Shown here: positions 54,337-64,000 of the stretch, piece after piece
Layout: the number at the start of each line of letters is the position of its first letter
Numbering within the stretch: the first letter of the stretch is position 1
Source: Amoebidium appalachense
Lineage: Eukaryota; Protista; Ichthyosporea
Length of the DNA: 64,000 bases
Assembly (NCBI GenBank): GCA_963693365.1
Contig: CAVNZM010000008.1
Span: forward strand, 10,627,172-10,691,171
Direction of reading: 5' to 3'
Made by a program: the position numbers and the translations under genes
The notes under the pieces: generated by a model
Databases searched by the model: none
What the model was told of the DNA's origin: nothing
Seen by the model: only the letters and a program-made list of their open reading frames with translations

Positions 54337-55378
54337 CCCCCCCCCCCCCCCCCCCCCCCTCTCCCCATCCCTCCCTCCCTCCCACCCATGTGTCCTTGTG
54401 AAGCTTCATGCACGTACTATTACCCCCCTCCCCCTCCCCCCTCCTCTTGAGGATGGGCTTTACTTTTGGTGTGGGTGCTGTGTCTCCTTTATTGCACATG
54501 GGCATTAATTTGCTCGTTGTGAGTTTGTACTTCATTCTGTCCTCCGGGTTGCGCTTCAACACGTACACATACACGATGGCTTCTCAGTTCTGCATTACAG
54601 TTTGGTTTTGACCCTCTCAATACACTCATACCCCTCTTCCCCCCTCCCCTCCCGCCCCCACCTCGGGCGCTTCTGCCCGCTCCCCTCACTCTCTCTCCCC
54701 TTTCACCTCTCTCACTCGTTCAATTGCAACACTCACATGCTCATGCACCCCGTTCACACTCGTGCTTACACTTCTTACACTCGCACTCGTGCGCATTCAA
54801 AGACACAGGCGCGCGCTTGCACACACCTTCATGCACATGCCGACCACCTGTTGCCTTATGACCACCCCCCCACACAAGGTATGTGTTCGTTCACTGCAAA
54901 TAGATGGCTTTTGGTGATGGGTGCTAAGCATCGTCACGGGAAGGGGGACCCCCCCCCCCCCTCCCCCCCCCCCCCCCACTACACACACAACGGTTTCTAG
55001 GCTCACCTTATGAAATAGTTGCTTTTCCGTTTCTGACCCGTTGTGCCCACAGAAAGCAGCGCGAAGACCTTGCACAGCTGGGCTTTGTGCCAAGGTGTGT
55101 GCACGTGTGTGTGTGTGTGTGTGTGTCTTTGGGGAAGGGGAGGAAAGTGGGGGGGGGGGGGGGGGGGGGGGGGGATCAGATTGGTGTTTTATGCGTGCCC
55201 GTGTGCGTGGGTGTGTGCGTGTGTGTTTGTGTGTGTGTGTGTGTACCTGCGCGTGCGTGTGCATCCGTGTGTCCATGCGTCCGTGCGTCCGTGAATGATT
55301 CTGGCCTGGATGTTTGGTTGGTGTGGGTGTGAGCATTAGTGCACGTTATGTCCATGGGGCCTGTCTATGGCGGGGGCC

Positions 55379-55426
<48 letters not shown>

Positions 55427-55588
55427 TGATTTTGCAGTTTTTTTGCTGGACGTTTTCTAACTTTCCCTCCGTTCCGTCTCCTTGCCCAATCCCCCCCCCC
55501 CCCCCTTCCCCCCCCCCCTCTCCTGCCCCCGCCCTCCTACCCCCCATCCCCCCTATCACACACACACGCGCGCGTGCGCGCACACACG

Positions 55589-55635
<47 letters not shown>

Positions 55636-55637
55636 AG

Positions 55638-55847
55638 CAAGACCACGGGGGGGCTAGTGAGTCGGCGGCCCAGCAACGGGGAGCTTGAGGAGTTCAAGCT
55701 GCTGGTGCATAAGTTGGACTGTGTGGACCCTAAGGCATTCGACAAATTTCGGTACTTGGACCCCACTCTCCCCCCCCCCCAAAAAAAGAGAGAGAGAGAA
55801 GGAGAGAAAGAGAGAGAGAGGAAGAAAGAAACACACACACATACCTT

Positions 55848-55878
<31 letters not shown>

Positions 55879-55980
55879 GCAAATACAGACCCGCCTGGCG
55901 ATTGGTTCTGTTCAAATGTCCTCTGTCTGCGCGTTTTCCCCCTTCTTCTCCTTCTTCTTTTGCTTCCTTTTTTTTTTTTT

Positions 55981-56022
<42 letters not shown>

Positions 56023-57097
56023 ACATGTCGAATGCAAGGTCGAGCAAAACGGAAAGATTTGGGGTTTGTGAAGGAGAGAGATTGGCGTGAATTTGTAAGG
56101 GATTTGGGTTCCGAGGGTGGATGGTGGTGTATGTGTTTGGTGGTGGTTAAGGTGGTGGTGTGGGGATGGGTGGGAGTTTTGTGGGGGTGATGGGGGTGAT
56201 GGGGGGGGGATGGATAAAAGAGGAAAGGGTTGTGGGTGGAGGAATTGGCAGAGCAAGTGTTAAAAGGAACACATCAAGTATACCCGTGCTTACTCTTATA
56301 CACTTGGTCCCATTATTCGGCACTTCCCTGTTCTATCCTGACTAACACACACACGTACACATCCTTATCCACACAACAGGAGCACGGCACACCCAGAAGA
56401 CATCCAAATGCTCGAACGCATGGCCATGCGTCTCTTTGTCTATTTCGAAGGCAAGGAGAAGGACCACGCACGACTCACCACCGCCGATTTTGAGCTGAAA
56501 AGCACAGTCGATGACGTCATAGTACGCCTTTTCGGGTCGGAGGCCCCGGCGGAAACGGAGCAACTACCCCCGGGAGCGCCAAATACGCCCGCTCCGCCAA
56601 CACAAATTTCGCAAATTTCGCAAATTTCGCATATTTCGCAGGGTTCGGGTGGTGAGGGTGTGGGGGGTTGGAGCCCAACGAGCCAACCACAATCGCTACA
56701 GCCTGATACCCCTGTGCCGGTGTTGTCGGTTGCGCAGAGCTCGTGTGTGGCGAGTAGTGACGCGACACCAACGAAAACGCTTTCGCAGACTAGAAGAGAC
56801 GCAAAGGGGGAGGATTATGGCGGGGAAGAACCCCCCCATGAAAATACGCATCCGCTTCCTGGACCCCCCGAAGTTGACTATCATAAGATGAAATTGTTTG
56901 GGCATAGATCACCGATTGAAGCGCCGAATTCGCCGCCTGTTCGGGTGGCGAGATATGCGGGGACGGATGACGGGGGGTCTGGGGGTGTTGGGGAGGTTGG
57001 CGATGTAGGAGGGAGGGGTCTGACTGCGAGAGAGAAGAGGGAGTGTACGGTAAGGCGGAAACTAGAGTTGAAGGTTGACCCGGAGAGTGAAGACTAG
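55638..57097 (+). CDS. 3' exons of an uncharacterised protein (55638-55751, 56380-57097); 5' exons not identified
   Basis: In-phase join KTTGGLVSRRPSNGELEEFKLLVHKLDCVDPKAFDKFR-STAHPEDIQMLERMAMRLFVYFEGKEK..., then a long S/P-rich disordered tail ending RRKLELKVDPESED*. Confidence 0.65.
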
Positions 57098-57100
57098 AGG

Positions 57101-57137
<37 letters not shown>

Positions 57138-58892
57138 GGCTATGTTGCTTTGTGATTAGAAGCGTAGTGTTTCTGGGGTTGTTTTAGATGTGGCTAGACG
57201 CAGGATTTAACGCTTAGTGTGAAGCAACTGTGTTTTTTGTTGTTGTTGTGGTTGGGGGAGGGGGGGATGGTGCTATGCTTACATGATGGGTGTGTGTTCA
57301 TATTCAAGAGAGCAAGGGAGGGGTTTGCTCTGATGAACTGCTGAAGGTGAACGTTCAAAATAGTGGATATCTTATTATATAGTGGCTGGATAGTCTATTG
57401 GTCCACACGTGTGCGCAGGTTTTAGATAACCAGTACTGTGATAGTCGATATGTGAATAAGCAATTCCACTGCAATGGTTAGCGATATGATCATTTTAAAA
57501 AGGGGCACGTGATCGTTATTATATATGGACATTTTTGTTTCTAATATTAGTGTATCTAGCACTGCTGTTGTGGGGCAATGTTTAAAGCGTCGTATATCTC
57601 TCTATGTTTCCTGATCCGAATATTTTCTTTTCTTAGCGTCTAAATTACTGTTAGATATCTGTTACCGTTTATGCATAAGTTGGGATGTGCACGTGCACAC
57701 GGGATTTCTATCCATCTTCTGATGCTGGCTGCCAGACTCTTGAGACCGCTTCAATTATGATAAATGAGATATATCTGCTTTAATTTTTGCTTGGTGTCAA
57801 GGCCCGGAACGAATATATCCCCCCTCCCCCTCCCCCCCCTTCCCTACCCCCGAGGGCCCCCCTGTATCAAGGCAGCACGATCATAGGGCCAGATGTGTAG
57901 TATTGGCAGCTAGGAACTGTTTATGTTATTAAGGTGACCTTAAGGCGCATGCGTCATGCAGGCACGAGGTTTGATCCATCCGAAGAGGCCAGATCCATCG
58001 TGGCATATATAATACGTGTGCAATGCCGTGTGACACAATTTGGCCACCCGCATGCGTTAGCGCGACCAGAAATTAATGGATGTCAAGCTTTCAGTGATGT
58101 AAGAAGGGGGGGGGGGGGGAAGGGATTCGCAGCATATTTACATGTCTACTGTAACAGTATACTATTAGAGCTTGTAGGACTAGCTGATTGGGCCGGGTCG
58201 CGAAAAGACTCGGCATTACCAACACTTCGAAGCTGGGAAACCGTTCAACTTCAGATACTCTTGAGCTAGAAATGGGACACTGTGCTCTAGGGCTTTAAGG
58301 GCGTTGTGGGGTCACAAGACATGACATTTTGGGGTTTTTGCTCATTTTTTCGTATTTTTCTACATGTACCAGTTCGCAGTCTGGTATTTCAGCTGCACAG
58401 AATAATGCAGTACAAATACAGGCACCGCCCCCACACAAGCTCACCGTGTTCCGGTTTACATATGTATCATCTAAGGTACCTCAAAACTCAACCTAAAAAA
58501 AATCACGTTAATTTACAGATCAGTATTCCCCCCCCCCCCCCCCCCCCCCCCCTTTTTGGAAAAGGGGGACCAGAGACCAGAAAGATAAGGGTGAAGGAAA
58601 AAAAGTGAAAAAAAAAAGGATGGCGTGTGTGTTTAACCTCTCCCATACATAATTTATGCATCCGCCCATCCCTCGCGCGTGTATTTGTATGCACACCCAT
58701 AATGCATAATCATTCGTCATTTCAAATTACACGCGCCAGCTCTTCACTGCAGCGAGCAAGGTGGAGAACAACACAACAAAAACTTATTCCAAAAACCAAA
58801 TATCTTTCCCCCGGGAGTGGTGACCTCTAGCTTAGTATCAGGATGGAGAAAAACCAGAGGGAGCGAATTATTTCATTGTCATTGTCCCTGTG

Positions 58893-59115
58893 CTGTAACA
58901 TATCAAACTTGGGGGAAACAAAACCACCTTTTACGGTGAAAAAAAATCGTCTCAGATCGAGATTTCATATTCTCATGAATGCCAACTTATCAGAGTGGAA
59001 GAAAAAACCCCACTCAAACCTGTTTTTTCAAGTCGAGTATTCTTAGACTCAAAAGCTGTAACATATCAGAGTGGCAGGAAAAAAACACCCACCCAAACTT
59101 GCTCTTTTTCAAATT
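58893..59115. repeat. Degenerate ~80 bp tandem repeat just downstream of the RING gene stop
   Basis: (CTGTAACA)TATCAGAGTGG..GAAAAAA..CCCAC.CAAAC.TG...TTTTCAA recurs 2-3 times. Confidence 0.55.
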
Positions 59116-59121
59116 GAAATT

Positions 59122-62967
<3,846 letters not shown>

Positions 62968-62990
62968 CTGTGTGTGGGGGGGAGGGGTGT

Positions 62991-63021
<31 letters not shown>

Positions 63022-63039
63022 GGGGGGGGGGGGAGGCGT

Positions 63040-63070
<31 letters not shown>

Positions 63071-63090
63071 GGGAGGGGGATGTGTCTGTG

Positions 63091-63146
<56 letters not shown>

Positions 63147-63196
63147 GCGTGTGTGCGTGTGTGTGTGTGTGTGTATGTATGTGCGTGTGTGCGTGT

Positions 63197-63227
<31 letters not shown>

Positions 63228-63268
63228 GGGGGGAGGGTTGTGTGTGTGTGTGGGGGGGGGAGGGGGAT

Positions 63269-63334
<66 letters not shown>

Positions 63335-63569
63335 GCGTGTGTGCGTGTGTGTGTGTGTGTGTATGTATGTGCGTGTGTGCGTGTGTGTGTGTGTGTGTGT
63401 GGGGGGGGGGGGGGGAGGGTTGTGTGTGTGTGTGTGGGGGGGGGGGGGTTGTGTTTGTGTGTGTTTGTGTGTGTGTGTGTGTGTGTTTTTGTGTGCGTGC
63501 GTATGCGTGTGTTCGTGTTCTTTGTGTGTGTGTGTGTTGTGGGGGGGAAGGGGGGGGGGGGGGGGGGGG

Positions 63570-63707
63570 TTAGAATGTGTTACTGAGTGCTAAGCACAAA
63601 TTCATGACAGACAACATCATGCAGATTTTCCAACGCACACACAAAGAGTATGTACCATCAGTAGGGTCTATGGCCATCATTAGGGGTAGTCCGTAAGACC
63701 ACAACGA
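63570..63707 (-). mobile_element. Diverged subfamily C copy of the poly-C-associated element
   Basis: Minus strand CCC-CTAATGA-TGG...CATACTCTTTGTGTG...TCTGCAT...GTAACACATTCTAA-poly-C. The same 3' end occurs at 12698-12728 and 30931-30975. Confidence 0.55.
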
Positions 63708-64000
63708 CCCCCCCCCCCCCCCCCAAAAAAAAAAAAAAAAAAAAAAAAAAGAAGAAGAAAAAAGTAAGGAAAAAGAAACAGGAAAAAGTCAAGCGCTTGT
63801 GCCTGTACTTAAGGCTCTTCTCAGGTTTCTTTAGCATTTCAAGTAGCTCCAACTTCCAAGCAGCCCCCCCCCCCCCCCCCCCCCTGCTCTTATTCAAGCG
63901 CACCCCCCCCCCCTCCCCCACCCTTCCTCCGCTCTTATTCAGGCAAACCAACCGCCCCTCCTTGAGCTCTTATCAAACAAGCACATGCTGTTTTAGTTCT

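Overview
Eukaryotic, very intron-rich genomic DNA saturated with poly-C/poly-G tracts and (CA)n/(GT)n microsatellites; a unicellular opisthokont or protist is plausible but cannot be established from the sequence. Almost all ORFs in the supplied track are microsatellite artefacts. Manual splicing with phase checks gives five complete genes: Tim8 (-), an F-box/LRR gene with a probable GC-AG intron (+), a Rab/Ras-fold protein with all GTP-binding motifs degenerated (+), an RGS-domain protein (-) and ESCRT-III Snf7/CHMP4 (-). It also gives a convergent F-box/LRR pseudogene (-), the 3' part of an unknown gene (+) and a 5'-incomplete PA-TM-RING-H2 E3 ligase (-). The most striking signal is a family of non-coding mobile elements (about 15 copies or stubs, 2-3 subfamilies) that are variably 5'-truncated and end precisely in CATTC(A/T)AA followed by poly-C. 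They carry a ~155-160 nt structured RNA with all hammerhead-ribozyme core elements (CUGAGGA, GAAAC, GUU site) in a non-circularly permuted, split, pseudoknotted order, supported by compensatory base changes between subfamilies. One copy pair flanks a 1456-nt retrozyme/Penelope-like monomer.
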